A stretch of 64,000 bases of DNA from Octopus sinensis (Eukaryota), in NCBI RefSeq assembly GCF_006345805.1, contig NC_043006.1:77004001-77068000 (forward strand). Direction: 5' to 3'. Positions 26,728-40,939 of this stretch are shown piece by piece. Below the pieces are notes generated by a model. It was not told the origin of the DNA. It made no database searches and saw nothing but the letters and a program-made list of their open reading frames with translations. The translations under genes and the position numbers were made by a program. Position 1 is the first letter of the stretch. Each line of letters opens with the position of its first letter.

Positions 26728-27190
26728 CTATCTATCTATCCGCTCAGTCGAAGTCGACTCTCGGTTACTCGTTGGATCAGTGTCCTCCAGTCAGTTCTAT
26801 CCTGGGCCGCTTCTTTCATATTGGCTCTATCCATTCCGGTATCAATCTTGATGGTGTCAAGCCAGCGGGTTCTTGGTCGGCTTCTTCCTCTCTTGCCACT
26901 GGCTATTCCGAGCATGATGTCCTTCTCCAGATATTTTCTCCGCATAATATGACCGAAATATGCCAATCTATGCTTGGTGACCCTAGCTTCTAGCGACATT
27001 TTCGGCCTGATCTGCTTAAGAACTTCTCCATTGGTAAGCCTCGCTATCCATGGAATCCGTAAAAGTCTTCTCGAACACCAAAGCTCGAATGCATTAATTC
27101 TCTTCTGGTCAGCTTTCTTTAGTGTCCAGGTCTCGCATCCATATGTTGCTATTGGGAAGACAATTGCATTAACTAATCTGCATTTGGGTC
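26728..27190 (-). mobile_element. RTE-clade LINE 3' fragment (RT C-terminus) with (GATA)n tail
   Basis: Open translation RLVNAIVFPIATYGCETWTLKKADQKRINAFELWCSRRLLRIPW..LEARVTKHRLAYFGHIMRR..GKRGRSRPRTRWLD, typical of RTE/BovB C-termini; 5'-truncated. Confidence 0.92.
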
Positions 27191-27477
27191 AGCATTTCTT
27201 AAATCTGAAAGTGACTTCATTTTCGTTTTCATACTGAAGAACCAAGAACTTTACATCGGCGGTTGAATGTAGAAATAATAAATCAATGTGCTTCTGGTTG
27301 CATGTTTTCACAAAACTTGAATATGCGATGTAAACATTATTTCGAATGGTGAGAAGATAAATATATTTTGCCTTTATATATTGCCTTGCAGAAATGATTG
27401 GAAAAATGAAATATGAAGGTATATGAATACATATTTGATACTCACATTTATACAAATGTATACATCCGTCCGACCAA

Positions 27478-27483
27478 CTATCT

Positions 27484-27544
<61 letters not shown>

Positions 27545-27574
27545 TTATCTATCTTTCTCTCTCTATCCGTCTGT

Positions 27575-27645
<71 letters not shown>

Positions 27646-27646
27646 A

Positions 27647-27692
<46 letters not shown>
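27478..27692. repeat. (TCTA)n microsatellite
   Basis: Direct. Confidence 0.95.
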
Positions 27693-27744
27693 CGATACAC
27701 ACATATTGAGAGAGAGATACATTTAAAATATATATGTATAGAAT

Positions 27745-27788
<44 letters not shown>

Positions 27789-27849
27789 TTTGAATTTTAT
27801 ATTTCATATATTTTTTATAAATTAATTTATTTCTATATATTGGTTTATG

Positions 27850-27895
27850 ATTTTCACTGTTTGATTTGCCCAATAGTGGTTATATCTCTAATTTA

Positions 27896-27900
<5 letters not shown>
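27850..27900. repeat. Short dispersed repeat (TGTTTGATTTGCC.AATAGTGGTT.TATCTCTAATTTAAT), also at ~40560-40602 and ~58048-58092
   Basis: Three near-identical ~45-bp copies, each abutting (TA)n; probably a retroelement terminus (inference). Confidence 0.75.
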
Positions 27901-27961
<61 letters not shown>

Positions 27962-28518
27962 GTGTGTGTGTGTGTGTGTGTGTGGGTGTGTGTGTGTGTG
28001 TACAGAATGGTACAGAGGCCAACAAATTGATTACATCGATCCCAGATGATAGGGACAAAAGACAAAGTTGACCTTGGCCCGAAAATACGGAAGAAATGTA
28101 CTTTGTCCGGCGTGCTAAAGATTTTGTCACCTTGCAAGGATTTGTATAATTGCGATCTTTCTTTCAGGTTTTCTTTCAAATTTGAACCAAGGACTTCCTA
28201 ACTTTGTCCTGCTTAATATTTCGCTCCTTCACTTATTCTATTATAGATCATAAAATCATTTAAACATTGCGTCTGTCTATAATATAAGAATATACGACTT
28301 CTTAGTTAAGGTTAATAGGTTTCATAGAATTCGATCGATTGCTTTCGTCTTTGTAAAATATCGAGTAAAGCAAATAAAAAAAACTGTATCTTTAGGCTAT
28401 AAAGAATTGTCGGGAAAATATAAATCTATTTAGTTGTATAGCAGTATGCATGTACATATATAGTCACACGCACGCACACAAACATATGTATATGTATGCA
28501 TGCATGTATGATGTATGT

Positions 28519-28570
<52 letters not shown>

Positions 28571-28810
28571 CATATATACACACATATATATATACACATA
28601 TATACACACACACATATATATATACATATATATATATATAAGCCTATGACTCCCCCTCCCAACTCCTCTCCCCTCTCTCTCTATCTACCGATCTACGTTA
28701 CGTTATCTCATTTTCTCTCTGGGGATATATATATATATATAATATATATATTATTATATATATATATATTATATATATATGTAAACACACACACATAGAC
28801 ACACACACCC

Positions 28811-28851
<41 letters not shown>

Positions 28852-29555
28852 TAAAACGTATATATATGTATATGTATATATGTAGGTATATTTATCATAT
28901 TATTATATATGTACGCGTGCGCGCCTACACATTCATACATACAGACACGTTCTTACACGGAAGTATATATGTATTGCTCGTTGAAGGCTGGATCGTAGGC
29001 ATATATAACATAATTCCCCTACGGCCAAGTAAGGGAAACTATATCAATTTTCTAGGGACCTAATAAAATAATATCCATATATTTCAACACACATATAGAC
29101 ACGTGTGTGTGTGTGTGCGTATGATTACGAGTATGCCCGCGCGTATATATATTGATATGAACAACATTTTTTGTATATATTCTTTTAAACGATCTTTATA
29201 ATTTCTTTTATTTCATATTAAATCTGAAAATTAAATTTATTCATTTTCTTCATGCATTTCGATAAAACCTTCCCCGAAGATATATTCTCGCTATATGTGG
29301 AAGATGCTCTAGTCAATTTTTTCTATACATGTCTTTTTCGGATATTCTGGTCATATTTCCGAGGGCGAAGATCTTTTAGTGTCAAATTCAACACGCTGCA
29401 AGAACGCTTTTGAAAAGAAAATTTTAAACATTTCTGTCTTTAAGATGTATCGGTCTGTCTTTAAGATATATTGATTTGCATATGACATTAGTGTCTTGTA
29501 TCAAAACAGTCTGCGTATCCCACCGAGTGGGATAACTAACACTTGAACCGTTTAA

Positions 29556-29994
29556 CCCTTTCGCATTCAGATTATTCTGTCGAACGTAAAGCTTATTTAT
29601 TCACATTGGTTTGAATCTCATAGCTATGAGATTTTGAGGACATAATTGTTTAATTTTAGAATGACATGATCGGGTAGGTGTGAGAGGACAGATATGACCA
29701 TTTTGAGGGCGGCGAGCTGGCAGAAACGTTAGCACGCCGGGCGAAATGCGTAGCCGTATTTCGTCGGCCGTTACGTTCTGAGTTCAAATTCCGCCGAGGT
29801 CGACTTTGCCTTTCATCCTTTCGGGGTCGATAAATTAAGTACCAGTTACGCACTGGGGTCGATGTAATCGACTTAATCCGTTTGTCCTTGTTTGTCCTCT
29901 CTGTGTTTACCCCCTTGTGGGTAGTAAAGAAATGGATATGACCATTTTGATCATAAAGCAGGTAGAATGCTAAACCAGGTTAAATACTAGAGGG
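29556..29994. mobile_element. piggyBac-type MITE with nested SINE-A
   Basis: TTAA at 29552-29555 and 29995-29998; diverged TIRs CCCTTTCGCATTCA versus CCCTCTAGTATTTA. Confidence 0.75.
29707..29934 (+). mobile_element. SINE family A, young monomer with 16-bp TSD
   Basis: TSD GATATGACCATTTTGA at 29691-29706 and 29935-29950; A-box-like TGGCAGAAACGTTAG and B-box GAGTTCAAATTCC. Confidence 0.92.
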
Positions 29995-30691
29995 TTAAGC
30001 CATTTAACTCCAATGTGAAGATTTAAAAGGGCAATATGTGCGTGTGTTTGTGTGTATAGATATAGATATAGATAGATTGAGATGAATATATACACACAAA
30101 TGTTTCGTTTTTCGATTTGGTTTGTAAGATTCTTTATGTGAGTTCGTGTGTTGAAGCATATACTGTTGTGTCTGCGAAGAGTCATTTAATTTTTGTGCCT
30201 CATAATTTATCATACTCACCGGTAAGTGGAAATTTTACCGGTGAGTGTGTTAAATTATAAGGCACAAAAAGAAAATGACTCCCCCGCCGACACAATAGAA
30301 TTGGCACAAATGCATATATTTTAAAATATGTGCGTGCGTATGCGTGTGTGTGCGTGAGTGTGTGTGTGTGTAGATAGTAGAGAACATGCTATGAACGCCT
30401 TTCCGTCTTGAACGCGCTTCGCTCAGCCAAACATCGAGGATATGATAGTTGAAGAGAAAAGAGGTTGCTCGAACAGTCGGCCGGTACTTTTTCATCACCT
30501 GCGTAGCATACGGCAACGTAAAATTAATTAACTTGCACGCACACAACCAAACACTTACCTACACACACAAACAAACACACGAACATAATATTTAGATACA
30601 CTCATATACACACGTATACGTATATCTTTATGAATATATATATGTATGTATGTATGCATCACTCTACCTACTTATCTATCTATCTATCTAC

Positions 30692-30737
<46 letters not shown>

Positions 30738-30812
30738 CTCTCTCTCTCTCTCTTCTATATATATATATATATATATATACATACACACACACACAGACAC
30801 ACACAGACACAG

Positions 30813-30845
<33 letters not shown>

Positions 30846-30861
30846 CACATATATATTCAAT

Positions 30862-31108
30862 TTTTTTTATTTAGTCATTTGATTGCGGCCGTAATGGAGC
30901 CCCGCCTTTAGTCGAACAAATCGACTCCAGGACTTATTCATTGTATGCTTACTACTTATTCCATCGGTCTCCGTTGCCGAACCACTAAATTTCGGGAACC
31001 GAAACACACCAACATCAGTTGTCAACACACGCATACATATATATATATATACATCAGGCTCTCTGTGGTTGTGAAGTAAGCTTCTTACCACACAGCCATG
31101 CCTGCGTC
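30862..31108 (-). mobile_element. SINE family B copy with deleted body
   Basis: Reverse-complement tail (GCCTTTAGTCGAACAAATCGAC) and head (CTTACCACACAGCCATGCCTGCG). Confidence 0.75.
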
Positions 31109-31751
31109 AATATATATATATATATATATATATAGACCATATACACAATATAGTATAATATATGTGAGTGTGTATGTGTTTGCATACATATATAAGATAC
31201 ATACATATGCATAAAAAACTATATATAGAGATTTACATATGGATGCATATGTATCTTTGATTATATAAGCGTGTATGTTTATGAATGTGCGTGCCTGTGT
31301 GTGCTTGTGGGTGTGTGTGTCTATGTGTATGCATGTTTGTGTACGTGTGTGTATGTGTATTTGTGTGTTTGTGTGTGCGTGCGCGTGCGTTTGTGTGTGT
31401 GTGTGTTGACCTTAAGGAACTCTTATTATGTTTTGAAGTACATCGGAACAATAGATAAAGAAAAAAGAATATAACTTGCAGTACAAGAACACAATTTATC
31501 CGGATGAAAAATAATAAATGCGTGTGTAATAACAAAAGAATATTCCGGAAAAATATGGATAAAAATAACAAATTAAGGTTGTAGAGGTGAAAAAAATCTC
31601 TTTGGAAGAAGAGCAGAAAGGAGGGATTGAAATAATTAAAGATTAAAAAATCGCTAAAGGGTATTACAACAAGAACAAAAAATCTACTATTGTAAATAAT
31701 AATAACAATATCAATAAGAAAAAAAAAATCATGATGATGATGACGATAAAT

Positions 31752-31786
<35 letters not shown>

Positions 31787-32062
31787 CTTTTTTTTTTTGC
31801 TTGCATTGGTATTTGCAGAAAAGAAAAAAAATCCTGCAATCCGAAAGCAAGAACAGATTAAGCTAATTGTAAAATATATAGGTTAGTATGAGAATAAATA
31901 CCTCTGCCCTAACGATGATATTTATAGTTTAACATTCCAGAAGTAGTTACAAACAAATCATAGCTGTCACTCATACACACACACACACTTATGCATATAT
32001 ATATACATACATTATATATTCATATGTATGCATGTGTGTGTATATATACGTGTGTGTGAGTG

Positions 32063-32095
<33 letters not shown>

Positions 32096-32135
32096 TATAT
32101 GTATATGTGCATATATATATATATAATATATATAC

Positions 32136-32176
<41 letters not shown>

Positions 32177-32309
32177 CATACATATTATACCTATATAGAT
32201 ATAACACATATAGTATATACATACATACATATATATATACATACATAATATATATTATATACATGAATATATATACATATATATATGTATACACATATAT
32301 ATATATTAC

Positions 32310-32354
<45 letters not shown>

Positions 32355-32414
32355 ATATATATATACATCTATATATATATACATATACGTATATATATAT
32401 ATATATACATATAC

Positions 32415-32481
<67 letters not shown>

Positions 32482-32734
32482 GAAGCTGAGTATATACATC
32501 CTAGCAAGAAAAATGGCATATATATATTCAGTAGAATAAGAACGTTGTTTGAAATTATCCTCGGGACCAAAATTTATTTAAAATTTTTGGTTTTCTGTTT
32601 TGACATTTCTATTTTCTTCTTGTTCTCATATTTTTTACCATCATCTCTTCATTTCTCTCGCTACTGACACACATACCTTGAAGCTATCGGAAATAGGTTC
32701 TGGTGTGTATGAGCCTCATTTTGCACACGTGTGC

Positions 32735-32774
<40 letters not shown>

Positions 32775-33000
32775 TTTTGCGATAGAATGGTTCGTTTCCG
32801 GCAAGCTAACACTGTAATTGCTAGTTCGATGTCGCTATTGAACCATTTCACGTTACGTTCTACTCGTAGTTGCGAGTTGCGGGGGCCAATGAGTAGCCTA
32901 GAGAAGGTGAATATGAAGAACTGTATCAATTTGATCTGAACTCTTCACTATTTAATTACAAAATCCGCAATACAAGTTTCATGAGACACGAATACCAAGT

Positions 33001-33414
33001 ATTCTTTTCTACTCTAGGCACAAGGCACGGAATTTTTTGCGAAGGGGCCAGTCGATTACATCGACCCTATTGCGAAACCGGTACTTTATTTATCGATCCC
33101 GAAAGGATGAACGGCAAAGTGGAACTCGGCGGAATTTGAACTCAGAACGTAACGACAGACGAAATACCTATTTCTTTACTACCCACAAGAGGCTAAACAC
33201 AGAGAGGACAAACAAAGAGAGGACAAACAAGTAGAGACAAACGGATTAAGTCGATTATATCGACCCCAGTGCGTAACTGGTACTTATTTAATCGACCCCG
33301 AAAGGATGAAAGGCAACGTCGACCTCGGCGGAATTCGAACTCAGAACGTAGCAGTAGACGAAATACCGCTAAGCATTTCGCCCGGCGTGCTAACGTTTCT
33401 GCCAGCTCGCCGCC
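33001..33414 (-). mobile_element. SINE family A dimer (head + 2 modules)
   Basis: Module repeated head-to-tail; junction AAAGAAATA|GGTATTTCGTC at 33168/33169; ends in TGCCTAGAGTAGAAAAGAAT. Confidence 0.9.
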
Positions 33415-33700
33415 TTTGAACTCAGAATATAAGGACAGACAAAATGCTGCTAAGCAATTTTCCTAGAGTACTGAAGGTTCTGCCAGCTCACCCCATTACT
33501 GCAATGTTAAATATTGGTCTCAAATGTTTGCACACCGCCAGCAATTTTGAGGAAGGAGTTAAGACGATTACATCGACCCCACAGCTACTTATTTTATGGA
33601 CGTCGAAAGCATGAAATTCATAGTCGACCATGTCGGAATTTGAGCTCCGAACGTAAAGATGGATGAAATGCCGCTAAGCATTTCACCCGTCTAACTGCGA
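33415..33700 (-). mobile_element. Older SINE-A fragments adjoining the dimer
   Basis: TTTGAACTCAGAA..TTCTGCCAGCTCACC and GATTACATCGACCCC..GGAATTTGAGCTCCGAACGT. Confidence 0.7.
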
Positions 33701-36700
33701 TATTAGATATTGTTAAGCGAAATTATGAATGCAAAATAATTGAAATGAATAATAATGATACATTACGAATTCCGTAAAGCTGTAAAGAATTATTTTATGT
33801 GAATAGATTTTTCTATTATACTTTATGGAAGAGATCATACTATTATGAGTACTGTTGAACTATAGAAAAACGACCTCCGCTAAATTTCTATAGCTCCACA
33901 GGAAACGGCAACTTTATTTTATGTAAAAAATTTTATAACTAATTCCAAAAACAACACCTGTATGAATTCATTAAACGCACCTGTCTAAAACACCAATAAC
34001 ATCACCCACGAAGTTTTAATATCAACAATGAAAATCTTATATTTCTATGTAATATTGTGACACCAATCATTGTTTACTGTAAACAATATTTTATCAAAAA
34101 TGTATTTATTTTCCCATGGATCGATATTATTAACGTTTTCACATCTGTTGTTAGCACTGCAGTTGGTTGTCATTGGGAACCTTTTCTTTTTTTTCTTTTT
34201 TGGCTGTTTGGGATACTTACATATATGTTGTGTGTTAGATAAATGATAGAAAATGGAATAAATGACATTCTTTATTTAAAATTACTACAATCGTTTCGAT
34301 ACTTTTCTACACCCGTAGTACATCGGTGGGATGTTCTATAATCATTATCATGCATCCACCGTGTGAAATGCACCTCATTAGGTGATTGTTTGAATTAGTC
34401 TTTCGTTAGATCCTTTCGTCGTTTCACTCAGTATGAGAATGCATACCCAAAGTAATGTGCCATTTTCAGTAGTTTACAGACAGAACTAGAACCAGAACTA
34501 TGGATATAGTGACAGACAAAATACAATTATAATCAAAATACAAAATACATAAATAGAAAAGGATAACAAAAGGAGTCAGTTTGATTATGAATTACAATTC
34601 TTTCTTTATGACCTCATCATAAGAAAGAACGTCTAAAAGGAAATAAAGAATAAAATTAAGCATTTACAGATAATAGAGTGATAAAGTGACCAACACTGAC
34701 TACTTCCATACTTATCAGCTGTTTATATGTTTCTGTGAAGGATCTAAATCACCCTCTGTCTTTCGCGACAAAACAACTAAATCTATTCTATACTCCAATA
34801 AGCATCTATTTTCAGTTAATTTATTATCGTTTAGGTTTTTATATCTGTTTTTTTTTTTATGTGAAACTATTAGAAGTTATCTCTTCACGCTGACTTTTCT
34901 ATTTCTGCTGCATTAGTCCCTGCTCCTTGGAGCTTCGTGGCTGGTGTTACCATTGGTCTTACATTTCAGATCGCGTCAGTCATTAGAATGTGGTCATGTA
35001 TACATATAATGTGTGTGTGTATACATACATACCTATATATGTATATTATATTATATTATATTATATCATATTATATATATATATATAACAGGCTTCTTTC
35101 AGTTTCCGTCTATCGAGCCCGCTCACACGGCTCTGGTCATTTCTGAAGCTATAGTAGATGATACTTGACCAAGATGCAAAACAATTGAACTCGGAATACG
35201 TCTATTAAAAACTGCTTTCAATAAAAAAACAAATGTGTGTTTTATACTGACATGTTATATGAGAATAAATTAAGACGTAACCATTCTACTAAATAGACAG
35301 TTGTTAGGTTTTTGATCAGTTATATTCACAACCATGTGTATGGGTGTAAATCAAGCGATTGTGATCAGTCTTCTGATGATTACTCCGTTAGTCAATAACA
35401 TGAACTAACTACGCGTTAAATTTACGTGTGAATGATATTCTGAGAATTTTGTTAAAAGTGTACAGATATGTCTATGCTTGCCATATTTCTCAGTCTGAAT
35501 CTTTGTAAAATAAAAGATGACAAAAATGAGGTGTTTGAAATACAGATACAATTCATGCAACAGGTTTTCATACAGTTTCCGTCTACCCAATTACAGTTAG
35601 AAAACTAGTTCGGGTCAAAGCAACGATATGTACCTATGGTGGCAGACGATTGCCGCATAATTGCAAAATAGCAAACTTTTAAAACACTCGGTCATGCTTC
35701 TGTCTATAGCAAGGAAAGAATGCGCAAGAACTTGAGGGTGCGAACTGTAATACCATCAACACGAAATTAAGTAGAAAAGATATCAAATGATAATGAAACT
35801 GCTAAGTAAGCAGTCATATCTGACAAACTTGTTCGTTATCGTTTTGTGGCACAGAGCCATGATTCACCACCCAGGAACACACGACCAAGATTGATGAAAT
35901 GCTTCTATTTATTAGTTTCGTTGACAATTTGGTTAGAACTAGCAGCAAAAATGTAAATGATATAGTGCATGTCATCACCTACATCTATATCACAGAATGG
36001 AAAAAAACAGCCACGTCAAATAATAAGAACAACAGCTGGAGTTAATAAAGAAATATTTGAATAATATAGTCAGTTGCTAATGTTGTTGTTGATGTTGTTA
36101 TTGTTGTTACAGTTATTTAGTCCCACGTGGGTCTTATGATCAGGAGACTGCTAGTGCTAGTCAATGACATTCCAGACTGACCATTTTGTTTTAGTTTTAT
36201 ATGCAATTAACCCAAGAACACATTGTTTAATTTGTACCATGTTGCGCCCGACAGGATGCAATTTTAAGGAAGTTTGGCTGCAGTTATTTCCCAGCAGGCT
36301 CAGCGACCGGGTACATTTTTCTTCGTTGCCTTGGTTATAATCAGTTTTGTCTTGGAGGCGTCAATGTTCATCCACATTAATATATTGGAACTCTTCCAAG
36401 CAAAAAGAAAAAAAAGAAAGAAACAGGTGTCGAGTGAAACGGTAAACTTTGAAGAATTTAGCAATGCTCTTCGTTGGTAAGAAAAAAAAAACGAAATGGT
36501 TTGTACAGGAAAAGAGTGAATGGCAGGGATAGAATCTAAATGTGTTTGGTATATGAGGTTGGTGTGATGGTGTTTTAAGCAGGTCGAGAAATAGGAACAA
36601 TCTTAATATACTGATAAATGAAGATGGAAAATGAGAAAATCTTTAAAAGGCTGTTTTATGTTTATGTCTTGATGAAGAAGAGAAACTAACATTTCGAGCA

Positions 36701-37115
36701 TTATTATCTTATGCAATATTATAACTCAGCCCTATACGGCACTATTTATCTATAGTGAAGAGAGTAACGTTCGGATATTGATAAATTCCAATCCCTCGTG
36801 TCATCATTATCGACCACATTATCATTATCATCTCCGTTATTGTCGTCTCCTTCATCTGTAGCATTCGATTATAGCAGTATCGGGTCACACTCTTCATCCA
36901 CTCATTGCAGCATTCACTATCAATGTTGGTTTTGTAATAGCGTGATCAGCGCTAGCTGTCAGCCGTAATTTCAGTGACTTAGTGAAATTTCGTCTTCCAA
37001 ATTCCAAGAAAGGAACAGCAAGATTTTCGTCTGTAGGCTCAACAATTTTAACATAAATGCATGCGATATAAACAGATTCAGTGAAATTGTTTAAAAAAAA
37101 ATTATTATCATAAAA

Positions 37116-37972
<857 letters not shown>

Positions 37973-37996
37973 TACACATAGGCACTCATACACACA

Positions 37997-38037
<41 letters not shown>

Positions 38038-38616
38038 TCTCTCTCACCCACCTACACAAACACACACACATATACACGCACATTTATGCACTTAGATATT
38101 TTATCATTGTACTAAATATATCCAATAAAATCTGTTAGTTTTAATGGAAAATGTTCATATTATAAATTCATTTCTTTTTGCTTCACTGCATAATAAATCA
38201 GTTTTTAGAATAAATCAGTTTTTACTTAACTAACGCCCTGTTTGATTTGTAATTCAATGAGTCAAATGCGTAACTAATAACTGTCAACTAGTTATGTAGG
38301 CAAATTAGTTATAGCTCAGTATTTAACATGTCTCTCTGTCTCTCTCACCCACACAAACTTGAGAAATGTTTCATTTACAATGTTTTTAACGTTATTCAGC
38401 TAAAAAATTTACTCAGACATTACAAAAGACCTGAAAGTTAAAGAAAATATGTCCACCAGGAAGAAATTATTGTTCTTTCACAGACAAAATACCAATTCAA
38501 AAGTTTCATAACTATAGACATAATTGTAGAACATGAGAACATCTATAGGAAATATATAAATTATAATTAAAATTATGAAATATTTATATGTGTATAATTT
38601 ATATCTATATAAATTA

Positions 38617-38787
38617 GGCGCAGGAGTGACTGTGTTGTAAGTAGCTTGCTTGTCGACCAAATGGTTCCGGGTTCAGTCCCACTGCGTGTCACCTTGGGCA
38701 AGTGTCTTCTACTATAGCCTCGGTCCGACCAAAGCCTTGTGAGTGGATTTGGTAGACGGAAACTGAAAGAAGACCGTCGTATATATA
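38617..38787 (+). mobile_element. SINE family B 5' half, interrupted by a Helitron-like fragment
   Basis: Well-preserved head and body, then (TA)n and A^TCTCTCTATATATAAAACTG. Confidence 0.85.
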
Positions 38788-38960
38788 TCTCTATATATAA
38801 AACTGAATTGCGTTTTTACCGCTTGGATCGCTTTCAATGCCACTACATCCCGTCCGATTCGCTCCAAAATTTACAGGGAAATGTAGAATGAGGTGACGAT
38901 GCGCGTGGGCATAGAAATCCATATCTTAAAAGGTGTGGTTGCTAGGGGCCATCTTCCTCA
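38788..38960 (+). mobile_element. Helitron-like 5' fragment
   Basis: TC..TATATATAAAA start like the other Helitron 5' ends here; no CTAG end found. Confidence 0.45.
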
Positions 38961-39480
38961 CTCACCCTATTTCCTCCTTTCCCTCTCTTACTCCTCTTCA
39001 TAAATTTCAGAAGTCCACTACGGTTATTTAAAGTATCTGTCACTATCGCTATTTCCTTTCTTCTTCACTGACTCTGTTTCCTACCTTCCTATCACTTCAG
39101 TGACGTTCTTTTAAGTATGTCTGTCACCAACAAACAATACACGAGCATGAGAACAAATATTATGAATCAGATATTCTTGCGTTCATTTATGTGTGTGTGT
39201 GTGTGTTCTATATATAAATATGTATATATAATGTATGTGTGTGTGTGTGTGTGTTCTATATATAAATATGTATATATAATGTATGTGTGTGTGTGTGTGT
39301 TCTATATATAAATATGTATATATAATGTATATATACAAAGTGTATATATCTGTATTTATGTATATTAAACTTTTTTCATACTTTTTCATAGTTATATATA
39401 TTTTTAAACAAATTATAAATATAATTTAATAATTTTTATTTTCAATTTAAATAATTTAAAGTTTTCAATTTTATATTTCA

Positions 39481-40508
39481 CTAGCAGTATCGCCCGGCGT
39501 TGCTCGGGTTTGTAAGAGAAATAACTATATAAGCATTTTTAGTGAGTTATATAAAAAAAAAATAGCAAAAAATGCATTAAAAATGGAATAAAAAATGATA
39601 GTAATTTTTTTTTTAAATCGTTGACTCATCGTAGACATTTTTAGAGAGTTACTTCCCTTATATAATAGTGAAAAATGCATTAAAATGGAATAAAAAAATG
39701 ATGGTAATTTCTTTTTTTTATCGTTGACTCATCGTAGACATTTTTAGAGAGTTACTTCCCTTATATAATAGCGAAAAGTGCATTAAAATGGAATAAAAAA
39801 TTATGGTAAATTTTTTTTTAAATCTTAGACTCATCGTAGACGCGCGCTAATACCCAGAAGGGCTCGATATGAATCACGACTATAAGATACCCGGTTTTGG
39901 TTAAACTGCACCGCAAAATGTGGGAGTAGTTAGGAATCTAAATCGTAGGAGACAGACACACAACCTTACTTTTATATATAAAGATTTGTGCAACAACTAA
40001 TACATTCGGTTGTGCAAATTGTTTGCACAGGAAACCTGTCCTATGTGGCGGTTTTTGCCGTTTTTGTGTATCTGTTTCAGCTTTTTTAGCGATTTCTGTT
40101 TTGGCGACTTCAAGCCATGAAGTCGTTGTTCTAAAAGAACGCTGGTCTCCTTCACAACGCATTACGACGTTGATTTCCTTCCCCTCCCTTCCCCACAGCT
40201 TCACGAGGGAGGGAAGAAGGGGGAGAAACAACACAGGTGCAGGCGTGAGCGTGGACGCCAACTCCGACGCCATCGACACACGAAAAAATATGCATTAAAA
40301 AATATGCATGGAATAAAAAATGATTTAAAATTATTTTAAAAATCGTAGACTCATCGTAGACACGCGCTAATACCCAGACGGTCTCGATATGAATCACGAC
40401 TATAAGATACCCGAATTTGGTTAAACTGCACCGCAAAATGTGGGACTAGTTAGGAATCTAAATCGAAGGGGACAGACACTCACACAACTACAGTTTTTTA
40501 TATATAGA
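39481..40508 (-). mobile_element. Composite non-autonomous Helitron (two 5' ends, one 3' end)
   Basis: CTAG 3' end at 39481 with the same hairpin; A^TC 5' ends at 39984 and 40508 followed by near-identical ~200-bp leaders; ~103-bp internal tandem unit (GCATT at 39574, 39677, 39780). Confidence 0.85.
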
Positions 40509-40650
40509 TATATTTTCTATGTTATATTTTCTTTTTTATGTTTTTGTTTTTGGTTTTTCACTGTTTGATTTGCCTATTAGTGGTTTTATCTCTAATTTAA
40601 TTTATACAGATATATATCTCATTTGTATACATTTGTATATATAATGCGTG

Positions 40651-40684
<34 letters not shown>

Positions 40685-40939
40685 CACATATATATATATA
40701 ATGTGTGCATTACGTAGTCGGTCGATTCAGCTGAAAATATGCACACCTATGTTAAAGGTGCTGACAAGTTTGCATGACAACTATTTTGTTCCTCAAATGA
40801 AAGGCGTCACCTCTAGGACAAAATTCCTCATCTTATAAAATGTGGCCCCAGTAGACCCGAATGAAATCGGGTTATATTAACCAAAATGTGAAAAGGGGTC
40901 TAAATGAGGCTGGAAGGGGATTAAAATTTCAAGGAGCGG

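Noticed and set aside
29707-29800. tRNA-like A/B boxes in SINE heads as possible tRNA genes
   Set aside because: No complete cloverleaf; they continue into SINE bodies and some have TSDs.
33001-33414. Repeat-spacer-like arrays resembling CRISPR
   Set aside because: Units are ~170-bp SINE modules or simple repeats, with no unique spacers and no cas genes.
33269-33466. Recurrent ORF MRNWYL..RPRKDERQ.RPRRN (also 29656, 53793)
   Set aside because: Antisense reading of SINE-A, not a gene family.
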